Shown here: piece by piece, positions 1 through 13,400 of the stretch | How positions within the stretch are numbered: the first letter of the stretch is position 1 | Layout of the letters: the number at the start of each line of letters is the position of its first letter | From: Saccostrea cucullata | Taxonomy: Eukaryota | DNA: 64,000 bases | Direction of reading: 5' to 3' | Assembly: GCF_032062105.1 (NCBI RefSeq) | Contig: NW_026928448.1 | Coordinates: 124,001-188,000, forward strand | Notes under the pieces: generated by a model | Databases searched by the model: none | What the model was told of the DNA's origin: nothing | The model's input: only the letters and a program-made list of their open reading frames with translations | Position numbers and translations under genes: made by a program

Positions 1-1465
1 TAACATATTACTTGGTTTTTACTTACAGTTTACCACTAATTACTAGCAATTACTAAAATATTTTTAAATTGCTATATTTAATTGTTTTACTTAAAATAAT
101 AAATTATTTACTGCATCAAGGAAGATTCAGAGCAGCTGCAGAACAAATTACTTAAATCTGGTAGTCTAATTACTATATATATACTATAATGAAAAAAAAA
201 TAAAGATATCAGAATTTTATTTTAATTCCTACATATAACTAATTTTTTTTTAAACTTCGTTTCGGGGGTACATAGTTTTTGTCGTGTCCATCTGTCTATC
301 TCTCTGTCTGTCTGTTTTTCTGTTTGCCCGCAAAAACTTTAACCTTTCCCATAACTTTTGATTTAGCGGAGCTATGGCTTGCATATTTCACATGTCCATT
401 CCTTTTGACAAGACCTATCTTTGAGAATCGCCAAATGTGACCTTGACCTTGGAGTTTGACGCACTTTTAAAAAGCAAACCTTGACTTTAACTTTACAAAG
501 GTTGGGGTTAGTGCATTCATACTTTACATATTTCATCGTTGTGACAAGACCTTTCTTTGGGTACCACCAAATCTGACCCTTTGTCCTTGACCTTGGAGTT
601 TGATCTGCATTTCAAAGTTGGTAAACTTGAACATAACTTCTGAAGGGTTGGGGCTAGTGCTTTCATATTTCAGATATATATTTTTTGTGGCAGGACCTTT
701 CATTAGATACCAATAACATTGACCATTTGATTCAACTGATTTACTTAAAACAATAATTTATTTACTGAATCAAGGAGAATTCAGAGCAGTTAGTTAAACG
801 TTAGTCTAATTACTATCAGGATTGAATTCTTAAATTTTCATATTAATTGTCTGTGAGGAGGAGTTATCTTTCTTCTAAATATTCCTTCATGTAAAAAAAA
901 AGTTATACTAATTAAAATGCTGTATTAAGTACTTGAAACTTTAAACCATTTTTAAAATGGTCCTTAAAAATATACAAATTATTCAATTTAGAAGGCTTTT
1001 GATGTTGGAATTAAATGTTTTATTGCTAAATATAATAAAATAATTACAAAGAAATAATGTCGATTTTAGTAAATATGATAAGTACTTCATTTACTTAGTA
1101 ACTTCTAAATAAGTTCTCCTAAGTAATTACATTCTAGATTTTAATTAATTTCAGAATTACATTTACTTAGTAATAATTCATTAAACCTAGTAAATAGAAA
1201 GCATATCATCTCTAAATTAAGTAATAATGATTTATTAAAAATGAGTAGTTCATTTACGAAGTAATATAATTCCTATTAAGTATTGATACTTAGTAAATCA
1301 TTTTATAAGTAAATGAATTCACCCTAATTACTGATTATGTTTACAATTACTAACAGTGATAGTCATTTACTTGCTATTCTGACTAAATGGATTACTAATA
1401 ATTACTAGTTTTTCTTAATCTAATATCTTATTTTAAAAGCAACGAGTAAAACTTTTTTTAGAGTG
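1..1465. mobile_element. Possible right part of a non-autonomous CACTA/EnSpm-like element, rich in TAGTAA/TTACTA subrepeats and interrupted by a HINE
   Basis: Ends in TTTTTTTAGAGTG (reverse complement CACTCTAAAAAAA) at 1465. Dense agtaa/ttact motifs. An ~80-90 bp segment (85-177 vs 740-818) is duplicated on either side of the HINE. Confidence 0.3.
255..730 (+). mobile_element. Helentron-associated interspersed element (HINE), bivalve satellite-like type
   Basis: GGGGGTACATAG start, CTGT microsatellite, then about three ~160-bp monomers containing AACTTTAACC..CATAACTTT and TGACCTTGACCTTGGAGTTTGA. Same architecture as 56445-56891. Confidence 0.7.
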
Positions 1466-1619
1466 AAAATGGATGGATAGTTTCAAATGTGAAATTGCTT
1501 TTCAATGTTATTATTTTTTGTTGCACATTAATTAATTAATTAATTAATTAATAATATTGGTATCACATCGTTTACAAAATTCTCTCAGTTTTGTTTCTTA
1601 ACCTGAGGACATTTATTTA

Positions 1620-3900
1620 TTAAGCAGTGTGACTTTTTTGGAAACCCGTATCTTGATTTGACTCATCATTCTTTGTAGCATTTGCAGATTTATTCGCTAA
1701 CTTTTATTCTTTACATATAGTGTTCAATAATATTCTTGAACTTTACGTACAAACATTTTTATTAGATTAGCAGTCCTACCTGATTAAATAGGATATTCCA
1801 TTTTTCCTCCAGTTTTGCTAGCCTTGCCTTTTGTCTCTCCACAGCCCGGGGGGAGGTGGGGGTCGCCATTACCTACAAAGATACACGGCACTACTCATCA
1901 CACTCTCATTATGTAGGGCTTACAAGCCTCTGCTAAAATGCTCGTCTTTTTAAATCACTGAATGGAATGTTCTTATTAATTGTTCATTAAAAACTGAGGA
2001 CAGGGTATGAAATAATATTGAAGGATAAAAATCCTGTCGAATCACGATTGAACTTATCAAATGAGTATCTATTTCCTGTATTTTGGAATTTAATTGTAAC
2101 CATTATATTTTTAAATTTTTGTTCCAGAGGAGGTAAGGATTTTAAATTCCAAAATAAAGGAGCACAAGATACAAAGAATTTTATACCCCAGCATGCTATT
2201 TATTTACTTCCCCCAGAAGAACGGGCTTAATCACCCGATAATCTGACATGGGCTCTCTTCTTAATGACATCAACGACCGTTAGCCTCATTGTCAACAGAG
2301 GAATCTTTGTTGTACAAATTGTTGGGACAATTAATGGCTATGTTTACAAATAAACTGTATGCATGCGACCTAGTTGGTCCCATTTCAAGTTCAAATTGTG
2401 GCTCATTAATGATAAACAATTTATCCAACGGATTACTTTAACAGGAATCCTGAAAGATATTACAGATCAATGTAGAGTCATGTTGATTTCAAGACACATT
2501 TCGGAGAGCGATATTTTAGATTACCGATTTATTTCATGATATATTTAAGGAGGTTGAGTGTTTGCAAAACTGTAAGACTGTCAGTAAAATATTAATTCAT
2601 TGTAAATAATTTATCAATTAAAAAGAGAGACCAACCCGATACATGTAGATCACACGAAACAATGCACGTTGTCATTTCATGTTTTGAGTTACGATTACTT
2701 TGACAGACAAGATGGTTCCACTCTTTAAAGGTTGGTGAAAGGTGTGACTACAAGATACAATCGTATAATTGTTGAAATTTACACAATATGATCAGGTTTC
2801 TTTGTCGGAGTACCAAATTAGCACCTACAAACTTTATAACAATAGCTCCTTATTTAAAGAAAAATATATCACAAGGTGACACGATTGAAAAAAAAAGATC
2901 CATTAAAGAAATTTGGTGTTACTTCGCCCACTACCTGAAATCACAAGAAAGAATTCTGTTCGTCCTCGAGAAGTTTTGAAACAATATTTGAGAGCTTTGA
3001 GATAAAAATCTCACTCAAAAAAGCAATTTACATTTTCTGAATGAAAAATTTTAAATATCACTTTATCTTACTTGTAATATTGCATTTTAAACATAAGTGT
3101 ACTGTGGACAAAATCTAGACCTTTGGTTTTTTACAGATTTCATAACTATTTAACAAATACAGAATGTTAAACAATTTGAGACAAGGAAGGAAATCTGAAA
3201 AAACAGTTAAGAAGGGCACTACTTGATAGTATATTTAGTTTACTTTGAGAATTTTTTTTATCGTTTTACACCCTGAATTGCCCTGAAATTATTATTAGGT
3301 ATCAATTTGCAAACTGCTAAACAGCAATGCACTGATAGATTTTTCATGTTTCAGAAAAATTAACGACGTAAATTTTAGATGTCAAAACCTTCTGAAATCA
3401 GAAACTTGACTGGTGTCAAAGTTAAAAAATGTTCTTAATCACCATTTGATTGGTGAAGCAAATATTTCCATGCCAAAACCAAAGAGCTGTTGCAAACTGA
3501 AAGTAAACATCGTTCTCTGGAAACAACTTGTAATCTGGGTACTTCAAAATAATCCTTTTACTTTAAGTCTCACAATCTCCCTTGTTAAAGGTACTTCTGT
3601 AAAACCTCTGCCTGTTCGAGATAAAGACGTCCCATTGATGTTTTCAGCAGTTTCCTTGTTTGACCGATTAGAATTAAATACGAAATCCTTACCATTTAAA
3701 AGTTGCTCGGAAATTGAAAATAGAGGAATCCGACTGCATTCCGTAACAATCAGTGGAGGTTCTAGAATTTTGGTCAAATTGATACGATTATAACACTGGG
3801 GTGTTTATAATACCTGTCAAAATTAAGAGGATACGCTTAATGACATTTTCTACATGTCTTTTTACTTTTCTGCTGAGTCTTTTTTCTGTCCGAAAAATGA
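1620..3900 (-). pseudogene. Heavily decayed leucine-rich-repeat gene (Toll-like-receptor-type ectodomain)
   Basis: Minus-strand fragments read GTSLSRTGRGFTEVP (LRRNT-like), SQSKLNILSSSALLN, VHLCLKCNITS and LQLNSKIQEID, broken by many stops and frameshifts. 3455-3850 is clearly homologous to 16304-16700. Boundaries are approximate and no TIR domain could be confirmed. Confidence 0.5.
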
Positions 3901-5271
3901 GATTACATCATTTGCTAATTTCTTGTTATATCCTCCAGATTCTGAAACCGTTTACCTATATTTATTTAAATGAAAGTACAAATACCACTTTGTATTTAAA
4001 ATTGTACTTTTGAAGAAATGTGCTTAAAATGAAAACGCTATGAATTTCCAAGTTCCCTTTCAAATGCTATAACACGAATAAATAACAAAAATGCTTTGTA
4101 TAGCAAACATTTTTTTTCTTTTTCTCCTTGTGTGTAAATGTGCGTTTCCACATTCTCCTTATATTTTCATGTACATACCCCATTAGCGATTCTCTCTGTG
4201 ATGTCATTCAACTTTAATTAAATGGGATTCTTTCACCCTTTTTTGCAGAATTTAATGAATGAAGAAACATATTATTCTAAAGATTACCGCTTTACATATA
4301 CATAAATCATTGCTTTTTGCATCGCTAAGCTTTCCATCCAACATCTCAATAACTTTCAATCCTTTATCAATTTATGATTTATGATAAAGGATACCACCCC
4401 GTTTTATAAATCATCCGCATGCCGGAAAATTTTCTATTACAAGTTCTACGACATTGTTTAAATTAACAATCGATTATTATTATTAATTATGATAAATATA
4501 TGCGACAGAACTATTTTAACACTTTTAGAAAATGATGTACAACATTTTATATTTTACACAAAAATGAACTTAAAAATTTTTCTTAGACAGAAAATTATCT
4601 TTAAAGTTTTGAACAATTTTCGAAATGATCTACTTACTTGTGTATTGCAGTGTTCCTCTTTTGAAATTCACAAATACATCGCTCACGAAGAGGAGGGGTT
4701 GTTAACTTTAGTACACATATGCTAGTTTACTAGGTAAACAGGTAACATTGTATGGTTAGCTTCGACAAAATAGTCACAAGTGGGCTTCAACTATTAAACT
4801 GATATCCACCGGGGGGTACACTGGGGTCCAGCCCCTTCCAGACAGAAATGCGGACGTTTGAAATATTGTCGTAATATCTTGGGTCTCCTTGAGAGATATT
4901 TTTCTCCCCCAAAATAAACACTCAGTTCTAAGTTATGTAAATAATTACCCCAGACCTCCACACAATGATGTTTCCTTTTACTACATAAAGAAGTCAATTT
5001 AAAAAATTTAAATAACGAGTAAAGTGCAGCGACATTGTTTTCCCCGCATGTGTTGACTTGCGGCTGGGATATGAACATGAAGAAATAACACACAGAGACT
5101 GGAGATGTGTATTTTGTATACTTTTCATTTACACTTGCAATTGAACAAATACACTTGAGAATAATAGAACTGTTTTGCAATGTTATTTGGAATTGATTTA
5201 CAAATAAAAGGTTACAATACATTGCTACTTTGTCCTGATTTCTCTGCTTCCACATGCTTATACTTGAGCTG

Positions 5272-5298
5272 AGAGAGGGAGAGAGAGAGAGAGAGAGA
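5272..5298 (+). repeat. (GA)n microsatellite
   Basis: Direct reading of the sequence. Confidence 0.9.
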
Positions 5299-6789
5299 AT
5301 ATTTATGTGAAGTTAGTTGTATAATGAAAAGAAGTAAGTTAAATGGGCTGACATGATATGGTACCAGTTATGAAACACTCATGCATGTGCTAGTGTCAGA
5401 AAGCTTTTACCTTAAAATTTGTATGAAAAATTTATAAATTTAAGATTAATTTATGTTAGAGACTAAGATGCAGAGAAAAAAATCAATTGCCTGATTTACC
5501 GAATTTTATGCTTTCTTAACGATTTATTCGTGCACCGTAAAAGTCGCCTAATGAATTATTCAACCAAAGGATCCAGACCCCCCTGTGTTCAAAGATCTAT
5601 CAATTCCCAAACGTATCTTTATCAACACTTGATCAATATCATCTGAGGAAAAACAATCATTTTCATATTTACAAAAATAGGATCTCTCAACCTGTACAGA
5701 ATGTCTAAACAGACAATTTACAGGCTGCAATCTTTAGACCTTGTAGAGTAAATTTGTTATAGATAGGATCGCACGAGGTGAATTGTCGTTATTTGATCAT
5801 TTCCAAAGTAAAAGTAAATAAAAACAAAGAAAGATGATCAGTTAATGAGTTAGGTAAACAATTAACAAAATGAGTTTCAATATACTAGAGGCATTTTAAT
5901 AGGTTCTGTCAACGTGAAAGTGATAGAGGACTTTTAAGTGCGGATTTAATAACGGTTTAATTTACCCCTGATTTTAAATTCTTAAGCGCACAGAGTCCTT
6001 TGATAGGATATTGTATGTCATGTGTGAAACAAGTGTTTTATTTTCAAAATTTAATGAATTAACATTAACGACTACTGTCAAAGACCAGCATAGTGTTTGT
6101 GTTGTGTGGTCCGTGGAAAGGAAATGCAGGATAGCATCAACTTATTAGTCACATTAATATCAAACCAAAAAAAGAAATCAAGTCCTTAATCAAATACTGT
6201 AATCAATATTCGTTTAAATAACAAAAAAGAATAAAGAATAATTAAAAGCTCCAGAGAGGTAGGTCATGAAATTTTAAAACTTTGAATTGCCAATTTATAT
6301 CAAGATCAAACATTTGTATGCCCCATCTCAGCAGATATAATGAAGCAACATAAATGACTGGACTTAATCAATCAAATTTAGTTATAATTAATTCGCCTAG
6401 TCAATATAAATTTAATAATTACCAGACGGTTTAAATTTCATAAAGTTTTTTTTTTATTTTACTAACTGTTCACAAGTAGAAAAAACTGTTACAAGGGAAT
6501 ATTCATCGGAAATAACTATTACAATATTATCATTTTTTCGGTTTTATTCAATACTTATTGGTCATGTAACACAAATAAAAATTTACATAGCATTTCTGAG
6601 TTTGCTGTGTATTTGAATATTTTATTTTTCCTTCAATTTAGAACATTGCCTTTGTGCATATACCAGGTATTATATGTAGCAATAAAAAAGCAAAGAGATG
6701 GTTCATACACAATAATGTTACACAACAATGACGCAAAGTCCACTTCCAACAGACACAACCAAAATGCCTTTTGTTACTTGATTTACCAT

Positions 6790-7825
6790 TTGTTAAGAAA
6801 CAAGAATTAGTATAAGCTATCCACAAAAGGTGAAGTTTCTTCCCAGATAACAAATGTCTGTACGTATACTTGTTATTGTAGGAAGCGTGAGATTTTTTTT
6901 AAGTGACTATCGATGATGACATTTTTCTATGCGATTTTTGTCTCATGTATCTCACAAAAGAAATAGGGTAAGAAAAGTGTACATCATACGACCTGAGGTT
7001 TGTGTATCTTCCTAATAAAGTCATTAAGCAAATGGAAAGATAAAGGGTCCGGTGCTGTTTGTAAGTTGTAACCCATAATATGATACTTAGAAGAGACATG
7101 CAGAAGTTTTGACTCCCGAGAGGGTATTCTTAGTAAGGGAAAGGTGAAACAATTTGAGGAGGATCTTCTTGTTATCTCCATCGTGTTATCAGTGATACTG
7201 CACTGTCTATTTTCTGTAAATGCAGGCATTTAACTTGCTTGATTAATGAGACGAGCTTTATAATTTTCAGAGTTAAGAACAGCCAAGGTTCAATGAACAG
7301 TTGATCATGAGGATATCATATGGATAACATCCCGTCATATCGTACTTAAATTTGATTATCAAATTCAAGTTTGTACAATTAATCCTGATGTCTCATCCTT
7401 CACGAACTCCACACTTTCTGACGGATTCTGCAAACCGATGTTTGGGATCCAAATATCATTAATTGGATGTCTAGATGCTATTGCAGTACCATGTAGTCAT
7501 TTGGATATAGCCGTTGTATTACCATAGTCACTCGGGATCTTAAAGATAGAATGGTCTATTCAGGATAAATTTAGTCTACCGGCTACAAAAGGTCCGCTAC
7601 TTCATAGTAGTTTTGTATTGTAGGAAACTTGGGGGAATCATAAACAGTTTATGGTAAAGCATGGTTTGCTATCGGCCTCAAAGTCTTTTTATCCATATAC
7701 CATTCTGTCTTGAAGATCGAATTTAATTTTCAAAGTTGTCTCGTGTTTGTCATTGTTGTTTGACCACTTCCAAAGTGTGCTTGCTTTTAAAATCAGTGCG
7801 TTATTATTTAATGAACTTTCCATCA
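6790..7825 (-). pseudogene. Intronless nicotinic acetylcholine receptor-like pseudogene
   Basis: Minus strand gives TTLKIKFDLQDRMVYG*..KTLRP, PINDIWIPNIG, MPAFTENRQ..DNTMEITRRSS and SYDVH. These are colinear with the intact genes at 23803 and 27200 (LQDKLLNGYKKTLRP, PIDEIWIPNIG, MHTFTENGQ) but contain stops, frameshifts and deletions. Confidence 0.85.
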
Positions 7826-8452
7826 CTAAACATGTAACGTGCTCTTGCTTTCTCAAATGTTCATAATTTCATTGTGATTGTGCGTCAAACAATGAAAGGG
7901 AAAAAACACCAAGTTAATCCTTCACGAAAATACACCCTCTGCCTTAAATTTACACATCGGTTAGGAATCATTTTATTTTTAGGGTTTGTAATAAATGTGT
8001 AAAATTTAGAATTCATTAATAATCATAAATAATCTATCATAATTCATGAATAATCGATGTTAAAGCTTTTTCACAGATATTATGATCTAGCTTTTAAACA
8101 AAAATCCATGCCATGTCTATGTCAATATGACGAAGGACACCATCCGTTATTTAAGATAAAATGATTATATTTTAAAATGTGATTTGGTTGCATAATGAAA
8201 ACAAATGTTATTAACTACCTTAATTGTAAATTCATAGTGTCTTTTTCAAGTATGAAAAATAAGATTAAAAGTAGTCGTTGTATCAGATTCATAAACATTT
8301 GATGTCATTCAAGAAAATTAACATGGAAGAAAATAAAATTTTAAGGACATCTTGTTAAAAATCAAATAACAGTACCAGGAGAATGAATGGAAATGAATCA
8401 GCTTGATTGCTGGAATTTCCATTCTTAATATAATGTTTTTCTGTATGTGAAT

Positions 8453-8781
8453 GGGATTACGTCGATCTCTTTATCGAGGCATGTATTCGCCAGAAACCTG
8501 TTCGGCCCAGGGGCATTGAGAAGCGGTTAAAATCCGATTGGTAATAAACCCCTAATAGTTTACTTAGCGTCTTGATATTGGGCCATATAACAACTTTGTG
8601 GCCTGGATTATCAGTTTCTAGATAAACAAACCGTTTAGAGAGAAACCGTTCATTTATAATCAGACCAATACCACAGACGGCAATAAATGGAAGCCTCATC
8701 ATTGAACTGGAAATACCTGATTAAATTGTCCCTACGGCCCGGGCGAGGTCTTATAATTATGTATTATAGTCATTTAATCCC
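8453..8781. mobile_element. Possible MITE
   Basis: GC-richer island bounded by GGGATTA...TAATCCC. No TSD seen. Confidence 0.25.
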
Positions 8782-10477
8782 CTAAGCAGGTACTGCATAC
8801 CTAATTGGGATTTATTTCTCTAGTGCAAGTTGGTTTCCATTTTTTTAAAAAGAGAAACGTGATTTTAGAAAACCAAATATTTTTTTTTAAATTACACACC
8901 AGCAAGGTGGAATTATATAAGATAAAAATCATTGCTATAACTGTTCTTTACACAATGGAATGGCATTTTAAAAAACAAAAAAAATCACTATGTAATGCAC
9001 TTAATCTTTTTAATCCTAATAAAAAGAATATAGAGGGTAATGAACATACAATGCAGTTGTGATAACAAACACAGCATACTATTTTGAGGACTTGAACCAT
9101 TGGTCAGTTTAAGTTAATCAAAACGAGAAATAAAATTTAATTGAATTTGAAAATGAATATGTTATCCATAGAAAGTTTAGTTTTAAGGTGATCAAGTACT
9201 TTTTAAAATAAAATAAAGAAGAAATATTTTTTTTATTTCTGTTAACGATAGTGATGTCTTTTTTCTTGCAGATTGTAATTTTTTTCCGAATGCAGTTTAA
9301 TTTGAAGTGAAAAGAGTTTAATTAATCTAATGTTTAAATCACAAAATACATATCGTTTTGAAGTATTTTTCACTTTCATAAAAAGTTGATACACGACAGT
9401 AGCTAAGCAATTCTAATAAATAAATGATTCAATTTTTTCCAAGCTAGCATATATTAACTGCTACCATTCAGCAAGCAGTTTTAAAATCAAATAATAATCC
9501 TAATGCTTTTTAAACTTACCCAGAAGGGTACATCATATTGATTCTGGTAGATTCTTCCGTAAAACTGAGCTCTCTGTAAAAAACGGATCTGAAATGCTTT
9601 TGGAAAGAAGATCCATGATCCTAGGACATAGATAGGCTTCTACGGAATCTGCCAAGAGGTTAATTAAGTTTTTGAACGAAATTCAAGACTTATAATAACT
9701 TACGATTCAATATGTAGTAAGATTTAATTATTGAAAATTAGATTAAATACTTTAAGCTATTTAAATAAAATAAGATTAAACACTCAAGGCCTGGAGTCAA
9801 ATACACACAATAACGTATAATCCCCCTTTCTGTGTTCTTGAGCTGCGAGGAGTTAATCTAATTTCAACCCAGGGCAGGACTTGGGAAAATGTCACCAGTA
9901 ATTATAAACAACTGGAGATAAGAGCTTAATAAAGTTTTTGTAACCTGGTGATTGATTTACTAAATTTTTATAACAGAAGGATACTAGTAGTTTACATAAC
10001 TTTTTAAATAAAAATATATATTATCTAATGCAATTTGGGACGTCCTTTAATGATGTCACTTAACACAGAGTGCTCTGTGTGACAACGTTTGTTGTATCCG
10101 TCTACTGTATCCCTTGGTGTACATGTAATAGGGTGAGATTTTTCAATATATATCATATTCTAAAGAGCATCTAAATCCATCCATATGAACACTGCAATAT
10201 TAAATAAATGATGAGTCCATTAGTGACTGTACACTGAAGTATATTTTATAACGTACCAACCCGAATATATACCGATGCTTCAAAATAATACCTTATATAA
10301 GGAGTTGTTTGTAAGACCCACTATCTAGACTGAATTTTAGCGGAACTGGGAACAAGTGGTAACCCAATGTATACCCATTGCTCCCTTTCTAAGGAGAAAA
10401 TTCTTCAGAATGAAACGCAAAAATGTCAGTTTTGAATATTTTTAACATTCCGAACAACCAAAATGACTTCGAATTAC

Positions 10478-13400
10478 TTTAAACATATTTTATTGAGTAT
10501 AATTCAATCAGGATTGGGCAACAGGCAGTGCCTATGTATACCCTCTCCTTGTATAATTGGTCAAGATACAAATTAGTAGGAAATAATACATGAACATGAT
10601 AATCAATAAAATTATAATGAAAAATAAAGATTCACAATCAAGTATTATTTATCAGTATTATATCTAAAAAAAAAAATGACAACCCCCTAACTGTATGCAT
10701 ATTATTTACATACTGTTCCAGCTTAAAAATAATACAAATATTTGAAAAAAAATATGCATTTAATAGAATATTTAATATAACAGTGTCCCTAATTTAGTCT
10801 TTTAGAAGATTTAATAAATTCCTGTACATATGAAAATATTTTACAATTTGTTTGATAAGAGTATTGAGATTTTCCTCTTAGTAGAGCGTCGAGTTCAAAA
10901 ACAACATCAATATCATTTAATTTCTTTACCAATATGTTTCTTTCAACATTATACGATGGGCAGTTGATAAAATAATGTTCAGTATCTTCAGTATGAAATC
11001 CACACTTTTGACATGATTGAATATCTGATAAAAAATGATTTTTTAAATGTGCATTAAGATTACTAGCATTGTTTCGCAACTGACAATGCAAGATATTTTC
11101 TTTTCTATTACCAAAGTTAAAGTACCTACAAGGTTTATTAGTTGCTCCCCAATTCTTAAGTTTTGCTTTAAAGATAGCTAATGATGGAGAGTTTTTTACA
11201 TCTTCACTAAGACTGTTCCAAAGTTTTACGGTTGAGGGAATAAAACTATTATAGTATGACATTGTTTTACAAACTGGTATACATAAGTTATTACATCCAG
11301 ACCTTAGGTTGTAAGCATGTTGAACAGGAAAACAAGGTTGAATCAAATTATACAAATAATCAGGTGCAGAACCATTAATCATTTTATACATCAATTGAAG
11401 TTTGTGTTTTTCTCTTCTAAGATATAATGGTTCCCATCCTAGTTCACCATACAAACAAGTTCTGGATGAATTAACTCTAAGCCCAGTAATAATTCTGGCA
11501 GCTTCTATCTGAACTTTTTCGAGCAATTCTGAACTACTTTGGGTACAATTATCCCATACAACATCAGCATATTCTAACATTGGTCTTATAAAGGCAAAAT
11601 AAATTTTTATTAGTGAATTTCTATCAATACTATGTTTCAGTAACCTAATTATATTTAATCTTTTACATGCCTTTTCATATATATATTCAATGTGTGATTG
11701 TTCCAAGAACCATCTGCTTGAAATTGTAATCCTAAATGAACATGAGTATTTGATTGTTTTATATAATCACCTCCATATCCAAACTGAATATTAGGATAAC
11801 TTATTTGTTTTCTAGTAAAATCAACATTAACAGTTTTTTCACTATTAAAATCTACAGCCCAAGCTTTGGACCAATTTCTTATCTTTTCAAGATCTTGAGT
11901 AAGGGACATTGTTGGAGCATTGATATCATTGTCTATAATAGCAAACAAAGAAGTATCATCAGCAAACAGTCGATTATTACAAGATATATCTTTAGCTATA
12001 TCATTTATATATAACAAAAACAAGAAGGGACCCAGTACAGACCCCTGGGGTACCCCAGCATCTATTGTTTTACATGATGATGAAAAGCCTTCTAAATTCA
12101 CTCTTTGTTGTCTTTCAGTAAGATAGTCTTCAATCCAACCCAGTATATTACTTCTAAATCCAAAGTTTTTAAGTTTGAAAATCATTCCCTTATGCCATAC
12201 CCTGTCAAAAGCTTTGGAAATGTCACAAAATATAAAGCGTATATCTCTGCCTCTGTCAAGGTTTGACATAATTTTATCATATATTTCAACTAATTGGTTA
12301 ACAGTAGAATCCCCAGGTTGGAACCCAGATTGGTATTTACACAATAAGTCATGTTCCTTAATATGATTAAACATATATTTAAAAAGTATTTTTTCCATTA
12401 GTTTACATATAGAACAAGTCAATGATATTGGTCTGTAATTATTAGGTTGTTGGGGACAGCCTTTATTTTTAAAAATAGGTGAAATATGTGCTTGTTTCCA
12501 TATGTATGGAAGAACTTTATTTGTAAGTGAAAGGTTAAATAATCTACATAGAGGTTTATATATGGAATAACGGGTTTCCTTTAATATTCTGGGAGAAATT
12601 CCATCTGGTCCACATGGTTTAGAGGGATCAAGTATGCTTAACTGATCAAGAACATCTTGATCATTTATTTCAAAATCACAGAAGTAGTCTGGAGGTCCAG
12701 CTCCATGTTCGGGCAAATCTGGCTCATTTTCAATATGTGATATATTAGAGAAAAAATTATTAAATTCTTCAGCTTTATCAATTGGATGAATCAATATTCT
12801 ACCATCTTGTGATTTGATAGAGGATGGGGGAGAACTTTGTTTCTTTAACCTTGCAACGGATTTTGCTATACGCCACCACTTTCCTGGTGGAATAGATTTG
12901 TCAATGAGTTGAGAGACAAGTTTAATTTTGTACTCCTTCCTACTTTTCCGTACTAAGTCTATTACTTCGTTACGGACTTGTCTGAATTTTTGCCAGTGTA
13001 ATGGATTTTTAGTATGCTTTGCCTTTTTATGAATTCTTTTTCTTTGCCTCATTTTCCTACGAATTTCTGTGGTAATATATGGTTTATCTGATGGACGTAT
13101 TGTAATTTGCTTTTTTGGTATATGTTTATCTACTAAGGTTAGGTAAGTGCATGTAAAATTTTCATAGACTTCATTCATATTATTAGAGGTAAACACTTTT
13201 TCATCCCAATTAACATTTTGTAAGTCATTGTTTAGGTCTTGATAATTTGCATTATTATAATTTCTAATTGTGCGTTTGAAGGCATGTTGCTTATATGTTT
13301 GAAATGAGATTTCTGTAGAGACAGGTGAATGAGAACTACAAATGGGTTCATCGACTACAACACTCTTAACTTTGGATGGATCATTAGTTAACACTAGGTC

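Noticed and set aside
4794-5255. 153-aa minus-strand ORF
   Set aside because: No recognisable domain, and it ends in a GC-rich MITE-like fragment; probably a chance ORF.
11754-12366. Plus-strand ORFs inside the LINE
   Set aside because: Antisense shadows of the RT coding sequence.
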